Positions 13,057-25,585 of a stretch of DNA of 64,000 nucleotides are shown here, piece after piece. The stretch's first letter is position 1, and every line of letters starts with the position of its first letter. Source of the stretch: Octopus vulgaris (taxonomy: Eukaryota); NCBI GenBank assembly GCA_951406725.2, contig OX597823.1:21142001-21206000 (forward strand). The letters are read 5' to 3'. The notes under the pieces were generated by a model. That model saw only the letters and a list, made by a program, of their open reading frames with translations. It searched no databases and was not told the origin of the DNA. Both the position numbers and the translations under genes were made by a program.

Positions 13057-13390
13057 GGCGCGTGGCTCAGTGGTTAGAGCGTCGAGCTTACGGTCGGGAG
13101 GTTGTGAGCTCGAATCCCGGACCGGGCTGCGTGTTGTGTTCTTGAGCAAGACACTTTATTTCACGTTGCTCCAGTTCACTCAGCTGTAGAAATGAGTTGC
13201 GACGTCACAGGTGCCAAGCTGTATCGGCCCTTGCCTTTCCCTTGGACAACATCGGTGACGTGGAGAGGGGAGGCCGGTATGCATGGGCGACTGCTGGTCT
13301 TCCATAAAACAACCTTGCCCAGACTTGTGCCTCAGAGGGTAACTCTCTAGGTGCAAACCCATGGTCAGTGTCTGACCAAAGGGTGTCATC
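13057..13390 (+). mobile_element. tRNA-derived SINE family C with Meta-like core
   Basis: A box TGGCTCAGTGG, B-box-like GCTCGAATCC, then GTGTTCTTGAGCAAGACACTT...CTCAGCTGTAGAAATGAGT. Confidence 0.85.
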
Positions 13391-13447
13391 ATCGTCATCA
13401 TATGCATATTAATATATATATCTATATATGTATGGTTATGTTTATAT

Positions 13448-13484
<37 letters not shown>

Positions 13485-13801
13485 TATATGTATGTAATTA
13501 TATATAAATATGTATGTATATGTACACATACACAAACACGCACACATACATATGTCAATGCGCGTTCACACGTTCATATGTATACACACAGGCTAGACAC
13601 GTACGGTTAATAGCTAAATGAAACTAAATGAAAATTGATTCCATATGATATGATTAATCAAAGCAACATTAGTCCATATATTCAAACTTAAGAAAATCAA
13701 TAAATCAATTGTTCTCACCGTTTGTTCTCCATTGCAACAGACACCTCAAAAAATATATAATTAATGAAAAAAATTAATACATCAATAAACAATTAAAAAT
13801 T

Positions 13802-13844
<43 letters not shown>

Positions 13845-14107
13845 GAATGCAGATACAAGTATCAATATATGTACTTAACTATATGTATACATATATGTAT
13901 GTATGTATGTATATGTGTGTACATATATATATCTATGTATGTATAGATATATTTATTTATACGCGCGCACACACATATATATAGACATATATACATATAT
14001 AAATCTATACATCTATATATATATTTATATGTATATATGTATAAATATATATATGTGTGTGTATATGTATACGTATGTATATATATGTATATATATACGT
14101 ATGTATG

Positions 14108-14153
<46 letters not shown>

Positions 14154-14449
14154 CATATATGCGTATATCAGTATATATGTATGTGTGTGTGTGCCTGTGT
14201 CTTCGGGCGTGTGTGTATGTGAGTGTGTGTGTGATTGCTTGTGTGTGTGTGTGTGAATGTGCGTGTCTGGGCGTGCGCTTGCAAGTTGTATAAGAGCGAA
14301 AAGACATCTATCTAATCAATTAAACTTTAGGTTACATTCTAACAACCCACAACCAGCCCTACTTCATCTCGGTCCTATATCAGATCGTTAGAAATTTCAC
14401 TAAATTTAAATTTCTACTATTCACGGTTAGCATATCGACTATGCATAAC

Positions 14450-14574
14450 ATTATCACAATTATCACCACCACCACCATCACCACCACCACCACCACCACC
14501 AACGCTGCCATGACTAACTTCAATTAACCTTTTCCACCACCATCACCATATCTTCCATCATTACTACTACTACA

Positions 14575-14612
<38 letters not shown>

Positions 14613-14695
14613 CACTACTACTACTACTACTACAACTACTACTACTACCACTACTGCTACTGCTGCTGCTGCCACTACTAATACTACTACTAATA

Positions 14696-14728
<33 letters not shown>

Positions 14729-15206
14729 TTACTACTACTAATGACAATAATAATAATAATGATAATAATAATAATACTGCTGCTACTGCTGCTGCTACTA
14801 CTGCTGTGGCTATTGCTGCTGCTGCCACCACTACTACTACTATTCTTACCATAAGGGCTATCACTTCGTCAATCAATATTATTTCCACCACGAACGCAAC
14901 CAGCATCACCACCACCGCCATCTCCGCCAACTTAACCATTAAGAACGCCATTTTGCCGTTACTGCCATAATCATCCAATTCCTCCATTATTCGCTGCTAT
15001 TACAACGAAAATCTAAGTGGACCACCATCAACGCCACCACCGCTACCGACATCGCCACCACCACCTCAACGATGTGTACTGTCACCACCACCACCACAAC
15101 CACCACAACCACACCGACCAACTTTACTATCACTAACTCTTAGCTACTACTACTACTACTACTACTACTACTGCTATTACTACTACTACTACTACTACTA
15201 CTGCTG

Positions 15207-15250
<44 letters not shown>

Positions 15251-15251
15251 G

Positions 15252-15292
<41 letters not shown>

Positions 15293-15665
15293 GCTATTAC
15301 TACTACTACTGCTACTACTACTACTACAACCACGACGACCGCTGTCTCAAGTCTCAAAACTACAACCACAGTCGTAACCTCCACCAAATCCGACAACAAC
15401 ACGGTCACAACCTGAGAACCAACGCTATTACACGAACGCCACTGTTTCTATTGCAGCGATGATGACCACCCTATCACCAACTCATCACTACCACCAACAT
15501 CATCCCCACCACCACCACATCTACCATTTCCATTATCACTACCACCACCACATCCAACACCACCACGTCCACCACTTCCATTATCACTACCACCACCACA
15601 TCCACCACTTCCATTATCACTACCACCACCATCACTCTTACCACAACCACAACCACCACCAGCAC
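14450..15665. repeat. Large compound trinucleotide field (CAC/CTA/CTG/TAA)
   Basis: Direct reading; source of the poly-V, poly-H and poly-G pseudo-ORFs. Confidence 0.95.
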
Positions 15666-15857
15666 GACAATCTTTCGCCATTATTTGAAAGCTGAAATTT
15701 AAAGGCCAAATGCAATAAACCAAATACGCAAACAATAAAGACGAAATTGAAAATGTGAATAAAAGCATTGAAAGGTTTTTTAAGAAATTTTAATGAAGAA
15801 ACCAACCAAATTCTATGTTTAATTAAAAGTGTATTGTCTACAATGATATGTGTGCTA

Positions 15858-16200
15858 GGAGTGGCTGTGTGGTAAGTAGCTTGCTTACGAACCACATGGT
15901 TCCGGGTTCAGTCCCAGTGCGTGGCACGTTTTGCAAGTGTCTTCTACTATAGCCTCGGGACGACTAAAGCCTTGTGAGTGGATTTGTTAGACAGAAACTG
16001 AAAGAAGCCCGTCGTATATATGTATATATATATATATATACGGAGATGTACTTGCATAGCAAGTGACCTGATCTAAGATCGTGTGGTGGAACGAAAACAA
16101 TTGCGCGTGGAAGGTGTTTATAAGCCATTTAAGAAACTCACAAAATCCGTTAGATTCACTTCATTTAAATTTAATTTTTTCAAAATATTTTCGTCGCTTT

Positions 16201-16234
<34 letters not shown>

Positions 16235-16660
16235 TGTGTGTGTGTGAACAGGTCGCGGTCTCTAAGTGGACCACCATCAACACCACCACCGCTACCGTCA
16301 TCGCCACCTCCACCTCAACGATGTCTACCGTCACCACCACCACCACCACCATCACAACCACACCGACCAACTTTACTATCACCAACTCTTAGCTACTACT
16401 ACTACTACTACTACAACCACGACACACACACACACGTGTGTATGTGTGTGTGTGTGTGCTTATGTTTGTGTGTCTGTGTCTATGTTTGTCCCCCCAACAT
16501 CACTTGACAACAGATGCTGGTGTGTTTACTTCCCCGTAACTTAGTGAATAAGTACCAGGCTTGCAAACAATAAGTACTGGGGGCGATTTGCTCGACTAAA
16601 GGCGGTGCTCCAACATAGTCACAGTCAAATGACTGAAACAAGTAAAGGAGTAAAAGAGTA
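15858..16660 (+). mobile_element. SINE family A (internal microsatellite) with nested insertions at 16040-16423
   Basis: 5' half GTGGCTGTGTGGTAAGTAGCTTG...GAAAGAAGCCCGTCG; 3' half CCCCAACATCACTTGACAAC...GACTGAAACAAGTAAAGGAGT. Confidence 0.85.
16040..16262 (-). mobile_element. Penelope-type terminal fragment (family shared with 51193-51352) truncated inside a hammerhead-like motif
   Basis: ACGGAGA.GTACTT...AAGCCATTTAAGAAAC...CAAAATATTTTCGTCGCTTTGA shared with 51193-51313; minus strand GCGAC-GAAA-ATATTTT. Confidence 0.6.
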
Positions 16661-16710
16661 TATCCTCACACTCTCCCACCTAAGTGCTTCGGTCTTTATT
16701 ACTTTACAGA

Positions 16711-17099
16711 GTGGAGGCGCAATGGCCCAGTGGTTAGGGCAGCGGACTCGCGGTCATAGGATCGCGGTTTCGATTCCCAGACCGGGCGTTGTGAGAGTTT
16801 ATTGAGCGAAAACACCTAAAAGCTCCACGAGTCTCCGGCAGGGGATGGTGGTGATCCCTGCTGTACTCTTTCACCACAACTTTCTCTCACTCTTACTTCC
16901 TGTTTTCTGTTGTACCTGTATTTCAAGGGGCCGGATGTGTCACTCTCTGTGTCACGCTGAATATCCCCGAGAACTATGTTAAAGGTGCACGTGTCTGTGG
17001 AGTGCTCAGCCACTTACACGTTAATTTCACGAGCAGGCTGTTCCGTTGATCGGATCAACCGGAACCCTCATCGTCGTAACCGACGGAGTGCTTCCATCC
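16711..17099 (+). mobile_element. Young tRNA-derived SINE family D with target-site duplication
   Basis: A box TGGCCCAGTGG, B box GTTTCGATTCC; TSD ATTACTT(T/A)ACAGA at 16698-16710 and 17100-17112; highly similar copy at 46607-46975. Confidence 0.92.
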
Positions 17100-17427
17100 A
17101 TTACTTAACAGAATAGCTAACGACATTTTCAATGTATCTGACGGTTTTGAATCGTAATTGTGCAATACAATCTTATACAAGCCAAAGCTGCAGTTACTTA
17201 GCCACAGGTCAGGCATAACCAGGTTTAATCTATTTATTCATTTTGCTTTTTGCTTTCTCCACATACACAATGAACCATAGCCAGCTTTGTCTCGTCAAAT
17301 TTTGTCTTCGTTTTAAAGAGATCAGGATTTGAATCGCAGGAGGGTATTTAAAAAGCATTTATTAGCATACAAAGGTAATATTACTTATATATTTGTGAAT
17401 GTAGGTAGGTATATGTGGAGATTTTTC

Positions 17428-17485
<58 letters not shown>

Positions 17486-17548
17486 AAATAGAAAAGAGTG
17501 AAAAACTATTTTCTATATATCCAACCGCGTGCTCTCACACACCAGCTT

Positions 17549-17604
<56 letters not shown>

Positions 17605-17641
17605 GTATATGTATATATATATATACGTATATGTATATATT

Positions 17642-17837
17642 CTTTTGTTCTTTTCAGTCATTTGAATGCTGCCATGCTGGAGCTCTGCCTTTAGTCGTAC
17701 AAATCGCCCCCAGAACTTATTCTTTGTAAACCTAATACTTATTTTGTCGGTCGCATTTGCCGCACCGGGGACGTATACCAGCCAGCATCGGTTGTCAAGC
17801 GATGGCGGGGGACAAACACAGACACACAAACACGCAC

Positions 17838-17903
<66 letters not shown>

Positions 17904-18054
17904 GACGGACTTCTTTCAGTTTCCCTCGACCAAATCCACTCCTAAGGCTGCGATCAACCCGAGGCTACTGTAGGAGACACTTGCCCTAGGTGCCACACCG
18001 TGGGACTGAAAATCCGGTGCCATGTGGTTGGTAAGCAAGCTGCTTACCACACAA
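17642..18054 (-). mobile_element. SINE family A
   Basis: Reverse complement of both halves around an internal (CA)/(TA) tract. Confidence 0.85.
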
Positions 18055-18079
18055 CAATATATATATATATTCATATATT

Positions 18080-18113
<34 letters not shown>

Positions 18114-18270
18114 TGTGTGTATTTTTCCCTTGTTTAGAATTAACACGGAAAAAATAGATAAACAGTTACCAGTGTAGCAAAAAAGTTAAAAGGTTGTAAC
18201 TCCTTGTTTTTAGAGTTTTAAAATCTTCGGGTTTACGTGAACTATTTTGTATAATATATATATATATAAG

Positions 18271-18338
18271 TAAATGGAGTTAAACGTAGGTGTTATTCGT
18301 AAAAGAATTTGACTAACACCTGCGTTTAACCCCATTTA
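18271..18338. repeat. Short fold-back hairpin in (TA)n
   Basis: TAAATGGAGTTAAACGTAGGTGTTA / TAACACCTGCGTTTAACCCCATTTA. Confidence 0.85.
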
Positions 18339-18344
18339 TATATA

Positions 18345-18509
18345 AAGACCACCCGGAAGACCTCCAAGACGGTGGAGTGACGATTTCAAGACGACGATTG
18401 GGATCACGTGGATGAGAAAGGCGCGATCCAGAGAGGAGTGGACAGCGTGCTGTGACCAGCGGTGTCAAATGGACGCCTGACGGACTGGTCGGTCAAAGTG
18501 ATCAAAGTG

Positions 18510-18511
<2 letters not shown>
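18345..18511 (+). mobile_element. 3' terminal fragment of an RTE-type LINE
   Basis: Translates RPPGRPPRRWSDDFKTTIGITWMRKARSREEW...stop (GRP..RW.D....W...A..R..W motif); short tail repeat TCAAAGTGA x2. Confidence 0.8.
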
Positions 18512-18548
<37 letters not shown>

Positions 18549-19317
18549 GTTGTGTGCGCGCGCGCGTTGAGAGAAAGAATGAAAGAGAGGTACGCGCTCA
18601 ATGATGTTTTATATTGTTTTGTATTAGTCTGCAACGTAGACCTGCGTTTGTGAAGGTTTCGTATATGCAAAAGATGCATTGACCAGTGACCTTCCATATT
18701 CTTTGGTGCTAAGTTGTGAATCCTCCATGAGGCTTGAAATGGAGTCAATTGTCAAAAGATAAAGATGACATCCTGTTTATTAGTCAGTTTGGATCATGAC
18801 CAGTGGTTTAGTAGCTGATAAGTATCTAAGTGGTTACTAGTTGCTGCAGTAGCTATTAGATGGTGTAACGGCTGCAATATTGTTGAAAGCATGCTAATTA
18901 TTGGGAAATGAACAAACACCGTACGTGAGATTTGAGAGCAGTTCTACTTGCTCTTATAAAAACCGCTAAAATTTCTGTAAATTTCCAGTGAAAATTATGA
19001 AACAGTTTTAGCATCAAGTGGCAAAAGCGAAGGCGTAGGGATGCTACAGGCTGTTGTAACATCCTACTATATTTATTACGTTGGTGTTTTACAGAAGCAT
19101 ACGAAACCAAGGCATGTAGTTCACTTAATTCGTGGCTGATAATAACTACGCCACTAGTCCGAGTTTTACATTTACAAGCATTCTTTTAGGCGACAATAAA
19201 CGATCTTTATATATGTATGTATATGTATATATATATATATTCTTTTACTCTTATTTACACAATATCGAGGTCTCTTTTATTCTTTTGTTGTCTTAACAGT
19301 TTTATCAATATATATAT

Positions 19318-19339
19318 AATAAAATAATATATAAATATA

Positions 19340-19397
<58 letters not shown>

Positions 19398-20295
19398 TGT
19401 ACATACCTACATCTATATGTATATATACATGCATATATGGGTACAGGACAGACATGGAAACGAACTTTTTTTCAAACAACGAAAAAATAGAGTACAAGAC
19501 ATACAACATAAAGAATATTCTCCTTCTTCTGTTGTCCCTGTTTCGTCTACTGCGCCTTCCAAAAGTAAGGACAAGACGCGACTTCGTTGAAACAGTCCTT
19601 CCCGCAAAGCAAATTAAATCAATTTTTTGCGGAGGGGTAAAAGTGGTAAAAAGACAGTAAAAACAATAAAAGTAAAAGCAGTAAAAAAAACAGAACAAAG
19701 TGAATAACACAGTAAAAACAAACGATGAGGGCTATTAAGTCAAGACAATGGAAAAATTATTTTGAACTCTTGAGGAGACAGCTTATTATGAGAAAGATAG
19801 GATAAGTAGTCTTATCTTGGTGAAGATAGCAGTCGGAAAGATGGCTTCCCTCTGGTCACGTGTCAGTGAAGAGATTCGAGGAGCAGGAGGAGGAGGAGTA
19901 AGAGAGAGGGAACAGTGAAAGGGAGAGGAGAAGAATAGGGAAGGGTGGGAGAGAAAAACAGAAAGGATGAAGAACAAGAGAGGGAGAGAGAGAGATAGCA
20001 GAGTGCGCATCATAATTATTAAGATAAAAACTTACTTGGAAAAGGAAGCGTGGCGTTCGATCATATAATAATAAAATAATATATAAATATATGCATGTAT
20101 ACATACATATATGTACATACCTACATCTATATGTATATATACATGCATATATGGGTACATGGCATCAAAAAAACTTTGAACACAATGAGAAACGAAAAAA
20201 CAGAGAACAAGACATACAACACAAGGAATATTACCCTTCTTCAGTTGTTCCTGTTTCGTCTACTCTGCGTTCCGAAGGTAAGGACAAGACGCGAT
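19318..20295 (-). mobile_element. Partial tandem Penelope-type element (direct repeats 19318-19580 and 20068-20295)
   Basis: Both repeats share the GGGTACA..CAAGACATACAAC..GTTTCGTCTACT..GTAAGGACAAGACGCGA block; hammerhead-like fold at 19529-19595 (-). Confidence 0.6.
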
Positions 20296-20305
20296 ATATA
20301 TATCA

Positions 20306-20362
<57 letters not shown>

Positions 20363-20894
20363 TATCAATACTGAGGAAATAATTCACGAGAAAATATTTG
20401 CAAATACATTATTGACTCTATCACTATATAGTATAAACATTTAAAAATTATAATAACTGAATCAATAATATAGGCGATTGCTGGCCCAAAAATGAATTAA
20501 TAGCCGAAGGATTAAAATTAGTTAAAGGACATAATAAGAATGTCTACTTGCTGGAAATATCAATCAAAACTCTTATTTAAATCACCAAAATACACTGATG
20601 ATAACTACAGGAATCAACCGTCCAAAGGCAAACGGGCTAAGACAATTTCTCAGCATACATTCAAGTATTTGGACTCACGTGGACAGGTTTCTGGACTGGT
20701 ATAATAGACTCACCTTCCTCTGCACGCGATACTATGATGGAGAGCCCCTATCTGTCACGTTGAAGTCTTCGCTGCAAGTGATTCGTTTTGCGCAGAATCA
20801 TAGCAGCCATCAGTGTGAAAATAATATATATATAAATAATAAGGGTAGCTTATATCGCAATATACAACCAAAATATATACATCACTAAAGTGAC

Positions 20895-20974
<80 letters not shown>

Positions 20975-21931
20975 TATAATTATATATATCATATGTATTT
21001 GTATATGTGTGTGTATGTGAACATATATATGTACAGAGAAAGAGAGAGGCGGAGAAGGAACTACCATCAAACAATAAAAACATACATTGGATAGAAAAAA
21101 CGAATAATATAAACGAAAATTTATCCCTCATCAGCTACCTTCTTAAGCATCCCCGCATTTTTGACTTCTTATACAGAACGGCTACCATCGTGCCAAAAAG
21201 TATCGGATACTACTACCTATAGACATTCTCTCAGGAGAATCTTATGTTAAAAACTGGTTTTCTTATACACTTCTCGCCTATTCTATCTTGAGATTTGTCT
21301 ATTTTTATCTTTGCCTCGGGAAGTAAACACCCTGAAGAAAGAGCTATATACAATTGTCAATAAAATAATCCAGATTCACTAAAAAATATCGAATCTTTCG
21401 CCAGTGTTTCTCCTTGAGGCTTGTTTGTTTTTATTGAAACCACTAAACATTGGCTACTGATTTTCATCTAAAATAAAGATAAATTAGCATCACCTGAGTA
21501 CAGTTTAATGTAGTTTATCTTAATTTCATTACTCTGTTAACTAAAGTAGATTTATTATGTGTTGGTATTATCCCTCTGTCTATTGGGTGTGCCTTCGAAC
21601 TGAACGGGATTTAATTCACGGAGATATGTCTAGTAAGCAAATTGTAGTGCTGTTGGTGTGAATGCAGATACGACTATAATTAATTTTCCATTGTCTTGTG
21701 TAGTAACTAGTCTTTTGATATCGTTTGGACAATCGTTAGTACGCCTGTCTGTTTATCTTACTACAAGTTAATGTTATCTATTCTATGTATTTATGAACTA
21801 AACTCACATACACCCGCACGCATGCACATCGCATTTCCCTTATTCGTATCATATATCTATACCCATTGCATTATCTCTGGGGGAGTTATATAGTTTATAT
21901 TATTTTACTGATAATCTTTGAGGTAATATAT

Positions 21932-22215
21932 ACAGGGTGCAGTGAATAAATTGTCGACTAAATTACACAAAAATGAAAATAACACTGATATATCATTTAA
22001 GCAGATATATTTACCATAATTACATAAAAATATCTTGAAATACTAAATAATAAATTTATTCAGTAAATTCGCCGTTGGCTTCAACCACGGTCTCCAGACG
22101 ACTTCGGAAGCTTCTGCAACATTTTTGAAAGGTTTCCTTGCTTAAGTTGGTGGATGCTGCCATAATCCTTGCCTTCAGTTCATCTTTAATGTTACAAGGC
22201 TCTTTGTTGGTCTTT
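21932..22215 (-). mobile_element. DD37D/maT (Tc1/mariner superfamily) terminal fragment
   Basis: TA-CAGGGTGCAGTGAATAAATTGTCG terminus; minus strand encodes KDELKARIMAA...RSFRSRLETVVEANGEFTE; homologous to 41847-42100. Confidence 0.8.
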
Positions 22216-22931
22216 CCATAATAATATTTTAGTATAATTCGGATGCTGATGTCTTTTAATTTTGTTCACACCGATACCACTCGCTTCTCGCACATATACT
22301 AAGAACAGTTTCCTCAATAAATGCCTTATAAATCTCATATACTACTTCCCCCTTACACATTAATTCGAGGCTGATAATAACTACGTCACTACTCCGAGCT
22401 TTGCATTTACAAACATTCTTTTAGGCGACAAAAACGATCTTCATATGTATGTATATGTGTTAGGGATTATTTTGCTAACAGTTTACTTGAGATTATTAGA
22501 AGTGGTACTTTCTGTTGAATTAATGAGTTACTTCAACAGAGAAACTGATGGATCTGTCCTCTTTCCCCATTTTAATTTAACTCTTCATCTTGATTCTATT
22601 ATTTCTTCTAATCATTTGAAGTAGTTCAATGCTCGTTACACAGTTGAGAAATATTACATCCTTGTAAGTGTTGTTGTTGTACCATGATCCTACATAGAGT
22701 AGTTTTTCTTTCTATGTCTGTAAGCTATTTCAGAATCTGAGTAGTCTACGAATTATCTTCCATTTATATTCTTACTAATGATTGTTTCAACGATTTTCAA
22801 ATTTCTGTTATAAACTTTGATCATCGAAAAAAAGATTCTACATCATATAAATTATATGTACATGATTCGTTTCTAAATATACAATGTCCAATGAAATATC
22901 TATCATTAGATATACGCATGTTTTTGTGTCT

Positions 22932-22975
<44 letters not shown>

Positions 22976-23230
22976 GCATACACATAGACACATGTATACA
23001 CAGTGATGGAGAAAGGGAGACTGATACAGAGAAATAGGCAAGTATAGACAAAGAGTTTGCGATACAACAAATTATGCTACTACTAATATAGAAGAACGAT
23101 AATGGCGGCATTACTCATATCCATGCTTATCTGTGATAATAGCATCATAAATAATATTATGCATGTCATTTGGCAGAAACACCTAACAACAGCTCAACAT
23201 ATCTACTAATGATTTTCTTATCACAAATTA

Positions 23231-23804
23231 TTTTCTACTCTATGCACAAGGCCAGCAATTTAGGGGGAAGAGGGTCAGTCGATTAGATCGACCCCAGTAC
23301 GCAACTAGTACTTAATTTATCGACTCCGAAAGGAGGAAAGGCAAAGGCAAATTTGAACTCAGAACGTAAAAGCAAACTAAATACCTATTTCTTTCCTACC
23401 CACAAGGGACTAAACACAGAGGGAACAAACAAGGACAGACAAACGGATTAAGTAGATTATATCCACCACAGAGACTAACTGGTACTTATTTACTCGATCC
23501 CAAATGGATAAAAGGCAAAGTCAACCTCGGCGGAATTTGAACTCAGAATCTAAAGACAGACGAAATACCTTATCCTTTACTACCCACAAGGGGCTAAACA
23601 TAGAGAGGGGACAAACAGGAACAGAAAAACGGATTAAGTCGATGATATCGACCCCAGTATATAACTGGTACTTATCTAATCGACCCCGAAAGGATGAAAG
23701 GCAGAGTCGACCTCGGCGGAATTTGAACTCAGAATGTAACAGTAGACGAAACATTGCTAAGCATTTCGCCCGGCGTGCTAACGTTTCTGCCAGCTCGACG
23801 CCTT
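23231..23804 (-). mobile_element. SINE family B, tandem trimer
   Basis: Three successive GAATTTGAACTCAGAA/GAAAGG..AAAGGCA core units behind one head (CGCCCGGCGTGCTAACG at about 23770). Confidence 0.85.
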
Positions 23805-24271
23805 ACTCTTACCAAAAATTACCATAATTGAAGTGACAGACCAACAAAAATGGAAATAAAATACAAGAAGGAATGCATGCATAAAGGTTTACCACCGTGT
23901 ATGAGCACACACCCGTACTCACGCGCGCATTCGACCACTATGTAGGACCGAAAAACATGTACTGAATATAAAAAGCATACACTGGTGTTCTACATGTTTG
24001 TACGTGTGTGCAAGTATGTATGCATGTATATGCTTACATATGTTTCGATATAGAGATTTACTAGCAATGAACAAAAGCCAAACAAAATAAACGTAATCGC
24101 AGCATGAATAGAAATTTACATATTATAATGTATGGCATTGATAAATCTACATCCCGTGCGTGTGTTTAGATTGGCAAGACCGTAGTTCCAAAGCACAGCG
24201 ATGTGTGTGTGTGTGTGTATGTGTGTGTGTGTGTGCGTATGTGTGTGTGTGTGTGTTTGTGTGTGTGTGTA

Positions 24272-24670
24272 GGGTGGCGAGCTGGCAGAACCGTTAGCAC
24301 GCCGGGCGAAATGCGTAGCCGGATTTCGTCTGCCGTTACGTTCTGAGTTCAAATTCCGCCGAGGTCGACTTTGCCTTTCATCCTTTCTGGGTCGATAAAT
24401 TAAGCACCAGTTACGCACTGGGTTCGATGTAATCGACTTAATCCGTTTGTCTCTCCTTGTTTGGCCTCTTTGTGTTTAGCGCCTTGTGGGTAGTAAAGAA
24501 ATAGGTATTTCGTCTGCCGCTACGTTCTGAGTTCAGATTCCACCGAGGTCGACTTTGCCTTTCATCCTTTCGCGGTCTATTAAATAAATACCAGTTACGC
24601 ATTGGGGTCGATGTAATCGACGTAATCACCTTATCTGTCCTTGTTTGTCCCCTCTATCTTTAGCCCCCTG
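24272..24670 (+). mobile_element. SINE family B, tandem dimer
   Basis: GGCGAGCTGGCAGAA.CGTTAGCACGCCGGGCGAAATG head; core GTCGACTTTGCCTTTCATCCTTTC repeated about 185 bp apart. Confidence 0.9.
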
Positions 24671-25585
24671 TCTGTGCGTTTGTATATATGTTTGTGTATG
24701 GATAGAAACATACATACATGTGAAAATGGACATTAATAGAGAAAGAAGGAAATGAAATGCACTCTGTTTTATGTTTAAATAAATTTATCGACTTACAAAA
24801 ATAATAAAATGTCTTATAGTTTTTTTGTTTTTAATATTGTGAAAGGAATTTTTAATCCTATTGTTCTTTGAAGTCTTTGCGTGACCCTGTATCAGTGCAC
24901 TTCCATCTTGTCTTCCGGCATACATAGCCTCTATACATTCGGTTGTTTGATTTTATGCAAAATAACGTGAAGAAGCAGCAATCAGACAATATTTTTTCAG
25001 AAAAATATACAATTGATAATTTTTTATATGGGAAACGTTGACAGTGACTTCGTAGAATCAGCTAGTTTACCGTTGTCAGAATGAGAGAGGAGGAGGAGGA
25101 GGAGAGGGTGTGTGCGTGTATGTATATTTGTGTGTATGTGTGTATGAATGAAGTTATTTAAATTCTTCTGTTTACATACTAGATAGGAAAATATCGAATG
25201 CATTAACAATAGCTTAGTCTCTACACAGCTTAGTGGCGGAAACGAATAAATTGTAGTTGTAATTTTTGGAACTTCATATGTGCACTCATACTTGCAGTTG
25301 CATTCACACAGACACACACGTACTCACATACATGAATACATATATATAAACAACCATAGACACACATATACAAATATATTCATTCATTCATACATACACA
25401 TATACATAATTACTTAAATACATACAAACAGACAGACCGATATATAGTCCTACACTCATAAGAAGCTTACATACATACATACATGCATACATACATACAT
25501 ACATACATACATACATACATACATACATACATACATACATACATACATACATACATACATACATACATACATACATACATACATT

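Noticed and set aside
13057-13130. tRNA-like sequences (also at 16711 and 46607)
   Set aside because: They continue into SINE bodies, and family D is multicopy with a TSD; not tRNA genes.
15448-15768. Gly-rich / His-rich ORFs resembling structural proteins
   Set aside because: Derived from degenerate CAC minisatellite units; no gene context.
23231-24670. Regularly spaced repeats superficially like a CRISPR array
   Set aside because: Units are about 185-bp SINE cores with conserved interiors; eukaryotic context, no cas genes.
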